A stretch of DNA of 63,381 bases, taken from contig CAYVDS010000005.1 in the NCBI GenBank assembly GCA_964450145.1, positions 1 to 63,381 of the forward strand. Reading direction: 5' to 3'. Under the pieces are notes generated by a model. That model had not been told where the DNA came from, made no database searches, and saw nothing but the letters and a program-made list of their open reading frames with translations. Shown one piece after another: positions 19,927-28,877 of this stretch (positions are counted from its first letter, which is position 1; each line of letters starts with the position of its first letter). A program made the position numbers and the translations under genes. Origin of the DNA: an uncultured bacterium. Lineage in GTDB: Bacteria; Abyssobacteria; SURF-5.

Positions 19927-21984
19927 ATGGATGTAATGGTGGTTGCATCGAGCGAACACAGCATCCAGGAGTCTCTTCGGATGCTGCTCGGTGAAGAATA
20001 CATTATCGTGCACGCGCGGACGCTGCCGCAGCTCTTGAATGCGCTGGTCGAGCATCCGGTTGACGTCGTCATCATAGATGAATTCCTTGAGAACACCGAT
20101 TGCTTGACCATTTTTCAGCAGGTTCGTTCGCTTTCGCCCGAGATAACCTGCATCATGCTGGCCGTGCAGGCAAACTCCGAGGCGGCGCGCGAGATGAGAG
20201 CGACGGGAATCTACGATATCGTCGCAAAACCTTTTGACAGAGACGTCCTTCGAGCTTCAGTGGCCCGCGCGATTGAGCGCCGCCGGCTCATCGAAAAACT
20301 GGCGGCGGCGCAATCGACGCCCGCAGCGGCTTCGCCAGCGCGCGAACACACCATCGCGTCGTCGGCTGACCCATCTACCATCCACAGGCGTGAGATGCTG
20401 GACTCGCTGCGCAAGTTCCTGAGAGCGGTCGCCGACGTTTTCGCGCCGGAGAAGCTGTACTCGCTGATACTTGACGCGGTCGTCGAAATGTTCACAATAA
20501 ACAGGGCTTGCCTGCTGCTCTATAACGAGGAGACCGAGCAGATCGTGATAAAGGCCGTCGTAGGACTGGACCACGAAGGGCTCAACGGATATCGAATGGT
20601 CCCATGGACGGGCCTGATCGCCTGGTTGAGGAAACGCGACCAGATACTTAACCTGGACGATCCCGACGCCGAGACACGTTCGGAGGAAATGCTTGCGATA
20701 AAGAAGGAACTCGAACTGCTTCGCGCTCGTATCTGCGTCCCTCTGAAGGAGAAGGGGCGCCTGACAGGCGTGCTTGTGCTCGGGAAAAGAGTGACCGGCA
20801 GACGGCTGTCCAACACCGAACTCGAATTCCTTTATCTGCTGTCACAGCAGATAGCCACCATCATCGAAAACGCCAAACGGCAGCGCGCCGTATTCGTGCA
20901 AAAAGAACGTTTTGAGGAGATACTACAAAGCGTGACGTCGGGACTGCTGGCGACGGATGCCGAGGGAAGGGTGACGGTTTTTAATAAAGCCGCCGAACAG
21001 ATGCTCGGACTGAAAGCCCCTCAGATGATCGGGCAGAACGTTCAGAGAGTCGGTTCGGTTTTCGCGGACATAGTCTTTCGCACGTTGCGCGAGGAAAAAT
21101 CATTCTGCCGGCATGAGGTGGTGGACCCGGCGACGAAATCGCTGATGGGGCTGAGCAGTTCCCTCCTGACCGACGCAAGCGGAAAACCGATCGGGGCGGT
21201 CATCTTGTTCACTGATCTGTCCACGGTAAAGCGCCGCGCCGGGAGCGAGACGGACGAGACGTGGCAGCGATGCGCCTTGTGTATGGCGCAGGAAATAAAG
21301 AACCCGCTTGTCGCGATCCGGACATTCACGCAATTGTTCCCGGAAAGCTACGCGGACGAAAAATTCCGAAATGAGTTCTCTGAGATCGCTCTCAATGAGA
21401 TTGACAAGCTTGACGGCGTCGTCAACAGGCTTTTGCGGTTTTCGGAGCCGCTTGAAGTGCAGGCGGAGCCGGGCGACATTCATGCGCTCCTCGAGCAGGA
21501 AGTCAGTCAACTGGCTGACTCAGCGAAGAAACAGAACGTCGTTGTGAAAAAGGATTTCGACACTTCCAATGGCGGCCTTCCTTTCGACAGGAATCTCCTG
21601 AGCGAAGCTCTTACCCAGGTGTTCCAGAACGCGTTGGAAGCCATGCCGCAAGGGGGCACTCTCACCATTGCAACGAGGAAAGGCCGGTACCCGGATCCGC
21701 AACTCGCCGGAAAAAGCAACGGCGTCCCGCCGGGTCCCGTCACCGAGATTTCGATAGCCGACACGGGCGTCGGCATACCGGCTGAGGAAATGCCGAACTT
21801 GTTCAAGCCTTTTCATACGAGCAAGGTGAAAGGAATGGGACTGGGGCTTTCGATATCGCGCCGGATCATCGCAAGCCATAAGGGCGATATAATGATTTCG
21901 AGTGAGCCGAACAAAGGCACCGTTGTGAAGATTGTGTTACCGCAAGGAGCGGCGTGCAATGCAAAAGATTCTCGTAGTCGATGA
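19927..21984 (+). CDS. degenerate receiver - GAF - PAS - HisKA-like (His->Gln) - HATPase_c protein (pseudokinase)
   Basis: 685 aa. The H-box reads LCMAQEIKNPL, with Gln455 (21289-21291) where the upstream paralogue has His. The receiver lacks the acidic pair (VVASSEH). N, G1 and G2 boxes are intact (QNALEAM, ADTGVGI, GMGLGLS). Confidence 0.85.
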   Translation: MDVMVVASSEHSIQESLRMLLGEEYIIVHARTLPQLLNALVEHPVDVVIIDEFLENTDCLTIFQQVRSLSPEITCIMLAVQANSEAAREMRATGIYDIVAKPFDRDVLRASVARAIERRRLIEKLAAAQSTPAAASPAREHTIASSADPSTIHRREMLDSLRKFLRAVADVFAPEKLYSLILDAVVEMFTINRACLLLYNEETEQIVIKAVVGLDHEGLNGYRMVPWTGLIAWLRKRDQILNLDDPDAETRSEEMLAIKKELELLRARICVPLKEKGRLTGVLVLGKRVTGRRLSNTELEFLYLLSQQIATIIENAKRQRAVFVQKERFEEILQSVTSGLLATDAEGRVTVFNKAAEQMLGLKAPQMIGQNVQRVGSVFADIVFRTLREEKSFCRHEVVDPATKSLMGLSSSLLTDASGKPIGAVILFTDLSTVKRRAGSETDETWQRCALCMAQEIKNPLVAIRTFTQLFPESYADEKFRNEFSEIALNEIDKLDGVVNRLLRFSEPLEVQAEPGDIHALLEQEVSQLADSAKKQNVVVKKDFDTSNGGLPFDRNLLSEALTQVFQNALEAMPQGGTLTIATRKGRYPDPQLAGKSNGVPPGPVTEISIADTGVGIPAEEMPNLFKPFHTSKVKGMGLGLSISRRIIASHKGDIMISSEPNKGTVVKIVLPQGAACNAKDSRSR

Positions 21985-23554
21985 CGAACTGAGCGTGCGC
22001 GAAGCGATCCGCATCATTCTGAAGGACAGCTACGACGTCACACTGATGAACTCGGGCGAGGCCGCCGTCGAATACCTGAAGACGAGGGAGGTGGACCTCG
22101 TGTTCCTCGACATCTTGATGCCGGGTATGTCGGGCCTCGAAGCGCTCAAAATCGTCCGGGCTCGCAACAATCCGCCGGAAGTTGTCATCGTGACGGCAAC
22201 CCGCACGGTGAAGAACACCGTCGAGGCGGTCAAGCAGGGGGCCTTCGACTACGTCACCAAGCCGTTCGACGTCGACGAAATCAAGCTAATCGCCGAGCGG
22301 GCGATCGCGAATCGGCGTCTCGTCATGGAATGCGCGTCTCTCAAACGGCAGATGGAGCAAAGCAAAGAGCGGCTGTACAAACAGATTGAGGAAAAAGTGC
22401 GCGAGCGGACGGCCGAACTCGAAGCGGCCAACAAGAAACTCACGGAGACTCACGCGCAGTTGGTGCGTTCAGAGAAACTTGCTTCCCTGGGCGAACTCGT
22501 CGCCGGAGTGGCGCACGAACTCAACAACAAGTTGCTGCCTGTCATGGCATATGCGCAGTTGCTCAAAGAGCAGCGCTTCCCCGAGGAGATTCTGCGGTAT
22601 ATTGACACGATCGAGAAGTCGGCGGGAGGCGCGGCGACCGTTGTGAGATCGCTTCTGGACTTTGCCCGTCCCTCGAGTTCCACCCGCGACCCTGTCAGTC
22701 TTAACACCACGATGCGCGAGACCCTCGCGCTGCTTGATTATAGAATCAAGGCGGGAAACGTTTCGGTAGACGTGCAACTCGACGACCGTATCCCGCTTAC
22801 TATGGCCGACAGCAAACAGATCGCGCAGGTATTCCTCAACGTCATAAATAATGCGTTTCAAGCGATGGAGCCCCGGGGAGGCTCGCTCAAGATACGCTCG
22901 ATGCGTCAGGGAAATAACATAGCCTTCACCATTTCGGACACCGGATGCGGCATTCCGGAGGAGCACCTTCTGAAAGTATTTGATCCGTTCTTCTCGACGA
23001 AGGGCAGCGGAGGCACCGGCCTCGGCCTCAGTGTCTCGCACGGCCTCATCCGGGCTCATCAGGGCGAAATCGCCGTTCAGAGCAAAGTAGGCAAGGGCAC
23101 GACATTCACGATCACACTTCCGATAACGAAAACGGCTGGCGCAAGGGATACAAAGGCGGAGCCCCTTTCCGCACAAATCGGTGGGAAGAAGTATCGCGTG
23201 CTCGTGGCCGAAGACGACCCCGATTGCAGATCGGCCATTAGCGATATCCTCAAAGCGGAATATTCGGTTACGGCGGTGAAGGATGGTGAAGAGGCGGTCC
23301 AACGGCTTTCCCGGGAGAACTACGATCTCTTGATCGTCGACTGCAGGATGCCGGGGCTCAACGGAGTGGAGCTTTACAGATGGCTGCTCGACAACAGGGT
23401 TGAGCTTCAGAAGAAGGTTATTTTCATGACGGGCGACGTCTGCGTCGGCGAGATAAGGTCGTTCCTCGAAACCACCGGCTGTCAGTATATTACGAAGCCC
23501 TTCGCGACTGAGGATTTCAAGCGTTCGGTCGGTTTGGCGCTCGCAAGCTCATAA
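21959..23554 (+). CDS. hybrid histidine kinase (REC - HisKA - HATPase_c - REC)
   Basis: ATG 21959 lies 9 nt after AGGAG, whereas the ORF-track TTG at 21932 has no RBS. REC1 ILVVDDE...FLDILMPG...TKPF, H-box VAGVAHELNNKL, ISDTGCGI, GTGLGLSV, REC2 VLVAEDD...VDCRMPG...TKPF. Confidence 0.9.
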   Translation: MQKILVVDDELSVREAIRIILKDSYDVTLMNSGEAAVEYLKTREVDLVFLDILMPGMSGLEALKIVRARNNPPEVVIVTATRTVKNTVEAVKQGAFDYVTKPFDVDEIKLIAERAIANRRLVMECASLKRQMEQSKERLYKQIEEKVRERTAELEAANKKLTETHAQLVRSEKLASLGELVAGVAHELNNKLLPVMAYAQLLKEQRFPEEILRYIDTIEKSAGGAATVVRSLLDFARPSSSTRDPVSLNTTMRETLALLDYRIKAGNVSVDVQLDDRIPLTMADSKQIAQVFLNVINNAFQAMEPRGGSLKIRSMRQGNNIAFTISDTGCGIPEEHLLKVFDPFFSTKGSGGTGLGLSVSHGLIRAHQGEIAVQSKVGKGTTFTITLPITKTAGARDTKAEPLSAQIGGKKYRVLVAEDDPDCRSAISDILKAEYSVTAVKDGEEAVQRLSRENYDLLIVDCRMPGLNGVELYRWLLDNRVELQKKVIFMTGDVCVGEIRSFLETTGCQYITKPFATEDFKRSVGLALASS

Positions 23555-23560
23555 GAACAA

Positions 23561-25912
23561 ATGCGCGCACCCCGCCTCCTGTTAAACTTGATCAGCAAGC
23601 GCCCGTGGGCCGTCCTTGGCTTTTCGGTTGTCTTGACCGTCGTTCTTGCGGCGGGCATCCCGAAACTCACGATGCGGCCCTTTTTCGAGGGCGATTTGCC
23701 CCCGAATGACCCGATCCTGCGGGCAAACGAGAACTATTCCTCCTATTTCGGCAAGGACGAAGTCGCATATCTTGCATTAGTCCATGACACGGTCTATCGT
23801 CCGTCTACGCTGGCAAAGATAGTCGCGATAACGGATGACCTCAACGGACTCGACAACGTACTCAAGGAAGAGACGCTGAGCCTTGCAACCGTGAGACGTG
23901 TAAAATGGGGGGCGGAGGGGCTCGACGTTCGCAAATACCTTTCTCCGCTGCCCGGAACGCCTGAAGAGGTGGAACGGCTCAGACAGGATGTCCGCAACGA
24001 CAGTGAAATCAACGGGCGGTTAGTGTCTGCGGATGAGTCCTCGACTCTCCTCGCGATTAAACTCGATCCGGGCTACAACCAGCAACAGTTGTACAAATCG
24101 CTCCACGCCATTGCCGACAAATATTCCGGGCCCGAGCGCATTTATCCGTTCGGTTATCAGATCATGAACGAAGAAGCCAACATCGGCATCGGACACGACG
24201 CAAGAATACTGGGGCCGGTCTCTCTTCTGCTGATGGGGTCTGCTATCTTTGTGTTTTTCCGCTCGTTCAGACTTACGTTGAGTTCCACGCTGATGGTCCT
24301 GATCAGCATCGTATGGACTATCGGCATCATGCATTACCTCGGTTTTCCCCTCTCGATTCTGAGCTCTTCGATTCCGGCGGTTCTGATCGTTCAAGGCACC
24401 TCTTACGCTATTCATGTGATCCACAGCACTAGCGAGGAAACGGCAAGAACACACACGGCCGACAACGTGCTCGAGGGTGTGGGGAAGATCAGCAGGGCAT
24501 TGCTGCTCGCCGCAGGCATGTCGATGTTCGGCTTCGCAACGCTCGTCGTGTTCAAAATACTGTCGATACGCGAGTTCGGCATCTGCGTCGCCATCGGTGT
24601 CGGATTCGCGACGTTCCTCTCGCTCGTTGTGCTGCCTTCGATCATGATATTACAAAAGGGGATATTTAAGACAGGCAAGATCAAGGAATCCGATTCCCTC
24701 GACAGGATACTTGGAAAACTCGCGCTCGTGGGATTGAAACATAAATACGCGGTCGTGGTCACCACGACGCTCGTTGTAGCAGGGTCAATCATAGGGATTC
24801 TTAAGATAAAAGTGGGAGTAGCTCCGGAAGAAATCTTTCCCCCGCGCCATCGGGCGCGGGAAGTCGTCTCGCTTTTCCTCCGGGAATTTCATGGACCCTA
24901 CAATCTGAACGTCATGTTCACTGCAAGCGAGCCTGGCGAGTTGAAGTCGCCGGAAGTTCTAAAGCAGATCGACGATTTCCAGAAGTTCGCCGAAAGCCTT
25001 TCGAACGTCAAATACGCGACCTCGGTCGTCAACCTTATAAAGAGGATGAACCGAATATTGAATGAGGACAAGGCCGAGTTCTTGAAGATTCCGGATAGCG
25101 AGGAGATGGTCGCCCAATTACTTCTCATCCATTCGCTCACTCACGACCCTGTCCAGTATGAGAGCATGGTGGACTACGACCTCCAGCGGTGCAAGGTCGC
25201 GATCATGACGACGGCCATCGATAGTTCGGAGTTGGAGGAAGTATACGACCAACTCGCCGCCTACTGCGAACGTAACCTGAAAAGCGGATTGAGAGCCGAC
25301 TTCGGCGGCCGGAGCATGGTGTGGATTGCGCAGAACGAGTACATTATTCGCGGAAAGATCATGAACATAGCCACGAACGTCATCCCTGTCTTCATCATGT
25401 GCGCCTTCGCGTTCCGTTCCGTGCGGCTCGGGCTGATCAGTATTCTTCCGTTGTCCATCGCAACCCTAATTGCGTTCGGGCTGATGGGACATTTTGGGAT
25501 CAGGCTCGACATGGCGACCGCGGTTCTCACGGGGATATGCGTGGGCGTAGGAGTCGATTCAGCGATCCACTTCATATCACGGCTGAAACGCGAATCGCTG
25601 GCTACGGGTCAGATGCATGAAGCCGTCCGCAGGGTGATGCTCGGAACAGGGCGGGCAATCGTATTCGACGCGATCGCGAACTCGTTGGGGTTCGTGACCT
25701 TCATGTTCTCGGGCTTTACGCCGATTCGGACACTGGGTGTGCTTGTGTGCTTTACTATGTTGAGCTGTCTCACCTTGACTCTTATACTGATCCCCTCGAT
25801 CATAGCGCTCATTCCAGTTCCTTTCAGGCATCCTCGGGAAGGCACTATCTTCTTGCACGCACAGGACGAGCAAACGGAGGAGGAAAAGTACGAGCCGAGC
25901 CTCCGCGAATGA
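23561..25912 (+). CDS. RND-superfamily exporter, MMPL/HpnN-like
   Basis: 783 aa. Two blocks of 5-6 TM helices, each preceded by a large soluble loop; typical 12-TM MMPL/SSD topology. Confidence 0.75.
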   Translation: MRAPRLLLNLISKRPWAVLGFSVVLTVVLAAGIPKLTMRPFFEGDLPPNDPILRANENYSSYFGKDEVAYLALVHDTVYRPSTLAKIVAITDDLNGLDNVLKEETLSLATVRRVKWGAEGLDVRKYLSPLPGTPEEVERLRQDVRNDSEINGRLVSADESSTLLAIKLDPGYNQQQLYKSLHAIADKYSGPERIYPFGYQIMNEEANIGIGHDARILGPVSLLLMGSAIFVFFRSFRLTLSSTLMVLISIVWTIGIMHYLGFPLSILSSSIPAVLIVQGTSYAIHVIHSTSEETARTHTADNVLEGVGKISRALLLAAGMSMFGFATLVVFKILSIREFGICVAIGVGFATFLSLVVLPSIMILQKGIFKTGKIKESDSLDRILGKLALVGLKHKYAVVVTTTLVVAGSIIGILKIKVGVAPEEIFPPRHRAREVVSLFLREFHGPYNLNVMFTASEPGELKSPEVLKQIDDFQKFAESLSNVKYATSVVNLIKRMNRILNEDKAEFLKIPDSEEMVAQLLLIHSLTHDPVQYESMVDYDLQRCKVAIMTTAIDSSELEEVYDQLAAYCERNLKSGLRADFGGRSMVWIAQNEYIIRGKIMNIATNVIPVFIMCAFAFRSVRLGLISILPLSIATLIAFGLMGHFGIRLDMATAVLTGICVGVGVDSAIHFISRLKRESLATGQMHEAVRRVMLGTGRAIVFDAIANSLGFVTFMFSGFTPIRTLGVLVCFTMLSCLTLTLILIPSIIALIPVPFRHPREGTIFLHAQDEQTEEEKYEPSLRE

Positions 25913-25985
25913 AGCGATCGTGTGAAAATGCTCCGTCATGGTTGAAGCCGGATGAGCTTAGGCGACAAGAAACGGAGGAAATCTT

Positions 25986-26165
25986 ATGAAGAACGTTGAA
26001 TTGACGGTTGAAGGCGACACTCTTATTATCAAAGTGGACCTGGCTAAAGAATGTGGGCCATCCTCATCGGGAAAGAATATCATTGTTGCGACTACCGAAG
26101 GGAATGTATCGTTGCCCAACCGGGAAGAGAAGATCGGGCTGAACGTTTATCGCAAAAAACAATAG
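25986..26165 (+). CDS. small hypothetical protein (59 aa), absent from the ORF track (below cutoff)
   Basis: ATG about 7 nt after GGAGG. MKNVELTVEGDTLIIKVDLAKECGPSSSGKNIIVATTEGNVSLPNREEKIGLNVYRKKQ looks like a non-repetitive beta-rich peptide. Position anchored to ORF 26051..26278. Confidence 0.45.
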   Translation: MKNVELTVEGDTLIIKVDLAKECGPSSSGKNIIVATTEGNVSLPNREEKIGLNVYRKKQ

Positions 26166-26223
26166 CAACCGCAACAAATCCCTCCTTAGAATCTGCTCCG
26201 CAATTGGGCATTTTGGACAGACC

Positions 26224-26302
26224 CTGTAGGTGCGAATCTATTCGCACAATATTTCCGGCCTGTTTTGGTTCTCTATGAATGCGAATAATTTCGCACCTAC
26301 AG
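26224..26302. repeat. family A doublet (best-preserved copy)
   Basis: CTGTAGGTGCGAATCTATTCGCACAA - 29 nt - ATGCGAATAATTTCGCACCTACAG. Terminal inverted repeats each contain an internal palindrome. Confidence 0.85.
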
Positions 26303-26320
26303 AATTGCGAAGCGATTCCC

Positions 26321-27394
26321 TTAACTTACCTTCCCTTGGTAAGGAGGGGATTTCAGCTTTTCGGTAGTCTTTTCAATTTGAGTCAGGCTTATTCCTTCCC
26401 TGAAGGCGAGAATAATCCCTATCACAATCACAGGAAAGAAAGTGGCTGCGTGCGTCACCAGCGCGTAGACCTTTGCGACGGAATCGGTTATCGACGAGTC
26501 GCAGAGTTGCAGTCCGACCTGTACAAAGAAATGGAATGGGCCCGCGTAACCCGGTGTCGGGATTGAGACACCCACCGCAGCCGAAGCGAGGACGGCAAAG
26601 ATGGCGCCGAAGGGGAGCTTATCCTGAAGGCCAAATGCGAAGAACAGGGGATAGAACATTAATGCGCCGAGAAGCCATTGGATCATAGATATGAGAATAG
26701 CAATGCACACATGGCGCGCGTTCTTGAATATATGCAGTCCCTCGGTGAATGCCATGAACAGCCCGATCATTCTGTCACGTGCGCGGGCGGGCAGAAAGAA
26801 TAACATTCTCCCGAGGATGCTTGCCGCGATTTCCTTCTTGAAGTAGAGCAGGACCGTAAATCCAACGAGTCCCGAGAAAACGGAAGTGACCACCACGCCC
26901 AGGAAGAACCTGACATCCGCAAGCGAGTGACTGGTGGCGCGCAGAAGCACGGTCTCATCCAACGGATAGAAAAAGAGGACACCCGCAATCAGCAGGAGGA
27001 GTACGAATGTATCGAACATCCGGTCCACAACGAGCGAAGCGAGCGAGGCGGTCAGTTTGATGCCTTCTTTCTCGGAAACGATGTAGGCGCGGATGAACTC
27101 GCCGGCGCGCGCGGGCAGCAGACAGTTGGCCATGAAGCCGATAAGCATCGGCGAGAAAAGTCGCGAGAAGTGAATCCTCTTAAGATCGTGCAGGAGGTAA
27201 TACCAGCGGAACGCGCGGAACACATAAGTTGCGAGTGCGAGAGCTATGGCCGGAACGACATAGATGTATTTGGCTGACCGAAGAGCGTTTCCAATCTCGT
27301 CCCAGTTGTCAACGCTTCTGAAGAAAAGCCATAAAAAGAACGCGGCCACGGCGATGCCGAGGCCGAACTGAATCCAAAACTTGAATTTTTTCAA
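26321..27394 (-). CDS. flippase-like membrane protein (LPG-synthase TM / UPF0104 family)
   Basis: 8 or more TM helices with an N-terminal KKFKF then TM. TTG 27394 is preceded by GGAGG. The ORF-track GTG start at 27427 is the alternative. Confidence 0.55.
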   Translation of the reverse strand: MKKFKFWIQFGLGIAVAAFFLWLFFRSVDNWDEIGNALRSAKYIYVVPAIALALATYVFRAFRWYYLLHDLKRIHFSRLFSPMLIGFMANCLLPARAGEFIRAYIVSEKEGIKLTASLASLVVDRMFDTFVLLLLIAGVLFFYPLDETVLLRATSHSLADVRFFLGVVVTSVFSGLVGFTVLLYFKKEIAASILGRMLFFLPARARDRMIGLFMAFTEGLHIFKNARHVCIAILISMIQWLLGALMFYPLFFAFGLQDKLPFGAIFAVLASAAVGVSIPTPGYAGPFHFFVQVGLQLCDSSITDSVAKVYALVTHAATFFPVIVIGIILAFREGISLTQIEKTTEKLKSPPYQGKVS

Positions 27395-27455
27395 AAAACC
27401 TCCAAAGAAACAAGGCTTACAGTCCACGGTTTACGGTTCAACAATCGCCGTTCCT

Positions 27456-27497
27456 CTTTCCCCCCTTTACAAAAGGGGGGCAGGGGGGATTTTTCCG
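27456..27497. repeat. family C palindrome
   Basis: CTCTTTCCCCCCTTTACAAAAGGGGGGCAGGGGGGATTTTT. Confidence 0.85.
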
Positions 27498-27577
27498 CCA
27501 TGGAGGCTCAGACCTGTTTCTTTCAAGATTAACCACGCCGCAACGTGGTCAAACGCTCCAGGGAAACCAGCCTTCAG

Positions 27578-28678
27578 TCATTTGTTCCGCCTTTTCTCCA
27601 TTTCCTCGATAAACCTGTTGAACAGGTATGATGCGTCGTGAGGCCCGGGGGACGCCTCAGGGTGATATTGAACTGAGAAGACCGGCAATTTCAGATGGCG
27701 CATCCCTTCGACCGTGCCGTCGTTGAGGTTCATATGTGTTACTTCGACATCTGCCGGCACGGTGTCGCGTACGACCGCGAACCCGTGATTCTCCGCCGCT
27801 ATTTCGACTTTTCCCGTCGTCAGGTTCTTGATGGGCTGATTACCGCCGTGATGGCCGAACTTGAGTTTCAGAATCTTCGCTCCGAACGCGAGTCCGAGCA
27901 TCTGGTGACCGAGACAAATTCCGAACGTCGGTTTCTGCTGGATCAGCTCGCGGACCGTCTGGACCACGTTCGGCACACCCTCGGGATCGCCGGGACCATT
28001 CGAGAGGAACACGCCGTCGGGTTGGTGCGCAAGGACTTCCGCGGCTGTGGCCTGCGCCGGGACTACGATGATGTCGCACCCGCGCCTGGAGAGGTTATTG
28101 AGTATATTGCGTTTGATGCCAAAGTCGAAGGCGACCACGCGAAATCTGCTTTCGCCGCGGGCGGGCACGCGGTATTCCTCCGAGCACGTGACTTCTTTAA
28201 CGAGATCGCGGCCGACGAGCCCGGCCGAGGCTGTCGCTTTAGCCACGAGGCTTTTCACGTCGAGGTCCTCTGTGGAGAGCACCGCCTTCATTGCGCCTGA
28301 ATCGCGGAGGTGCCGGGTGAGCGCGCGGGTATCCACTCCCTCGATGCCCATCACGCCGTTTTCGGCGAGGAACTCCGCAAGCGGTCTCTGAGCGCGCCAG
28401 TTACTGGGGTAGCGACAGCACTCCCGAACTACAAATCCCTCGACGTGCGGCTTGAGCGACTCAAAGTCTTCCTCGTTCACGCCGTAGTTTCCGATGAGCG
28501 GATACGTCATCGTAACAATTTGGCCTTTGTATGACGGGTCGGTCAGGATTTCCTGATAGCCCGTCATGCTCGTGTTAAAGACGACCTCTCCGGCCCGCTC
28601 GCCCCGCGCGCCGAACGACATTCCTTCAAAGTATCGACCATCCTCGAGCGCCAGGATTGCTTTCACAGATGACTCCAT
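27578..28678 (-). CDS. carA: carbamoyl-phosphate synthase small subunit
   Basis: 366 aa. CPSase small-chain N-domain plus class-I amidotransferase ([19 protein letters not shown]). Confidence 0.97.
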   Translation of the reverse strand: MESSVKAILALEDGRYFEGMSFGARGERAGEVVFNTSMTGYQEILTDPSYKGQIVTMTYPLIGNYGVNEEDFESLKPHVEGFVVRECCRYPSNWRAQRPLAEFLAENGVMGIEGVDTRALTRHLRDSGAMKAVLSTEDLDVKSLVAKATASAGLVGRDLVKEVTCSEEYRVPARGESRFRVVAFDFGIKRNILNNLSRRGCDIIVVPAQATAAEVLAHQPDGVFLSNGPGDPEGVPNVVQTVRELIQQKPTFGICLGHQMLGLAFGAKILKLKFGHHGGNQPIKNLTTGKVEIAAENHGFAVVRDTVPADVEVTHMNLNDGTVEGMRHLKLPVFSVQYHPEASPGPHDASYLFNRFIEEMEKRRNK

Positions 28679-28697
28679 GAAGTTAAAACGCTTTTCT

Positions 28698-28733
28698 ACC
28701 GCAAAGGCGCAAAGTTCGCAAAGAAAGACTAGA
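28698..28733 (+). repeat. family D triple CGCAAAG direct repeat
   Basis: CCGCAAAGGCGCAAAGTTCGCAAAGAAAG. Confidence 0.8.
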
Positions 28734-28877
28734 GAATCGAGACACGAACGAGGTCCTCATGGGTGAATTAAGCGAACCGCAGCGCGTAGTCCGTAAGCTG
28801 ATTTCTAGGAAATCGAGCAATCTGCGGTTCATGTTTGCCTCTTCTCTCAATCCAAAATCTAAAATCCAAAATTAGAG

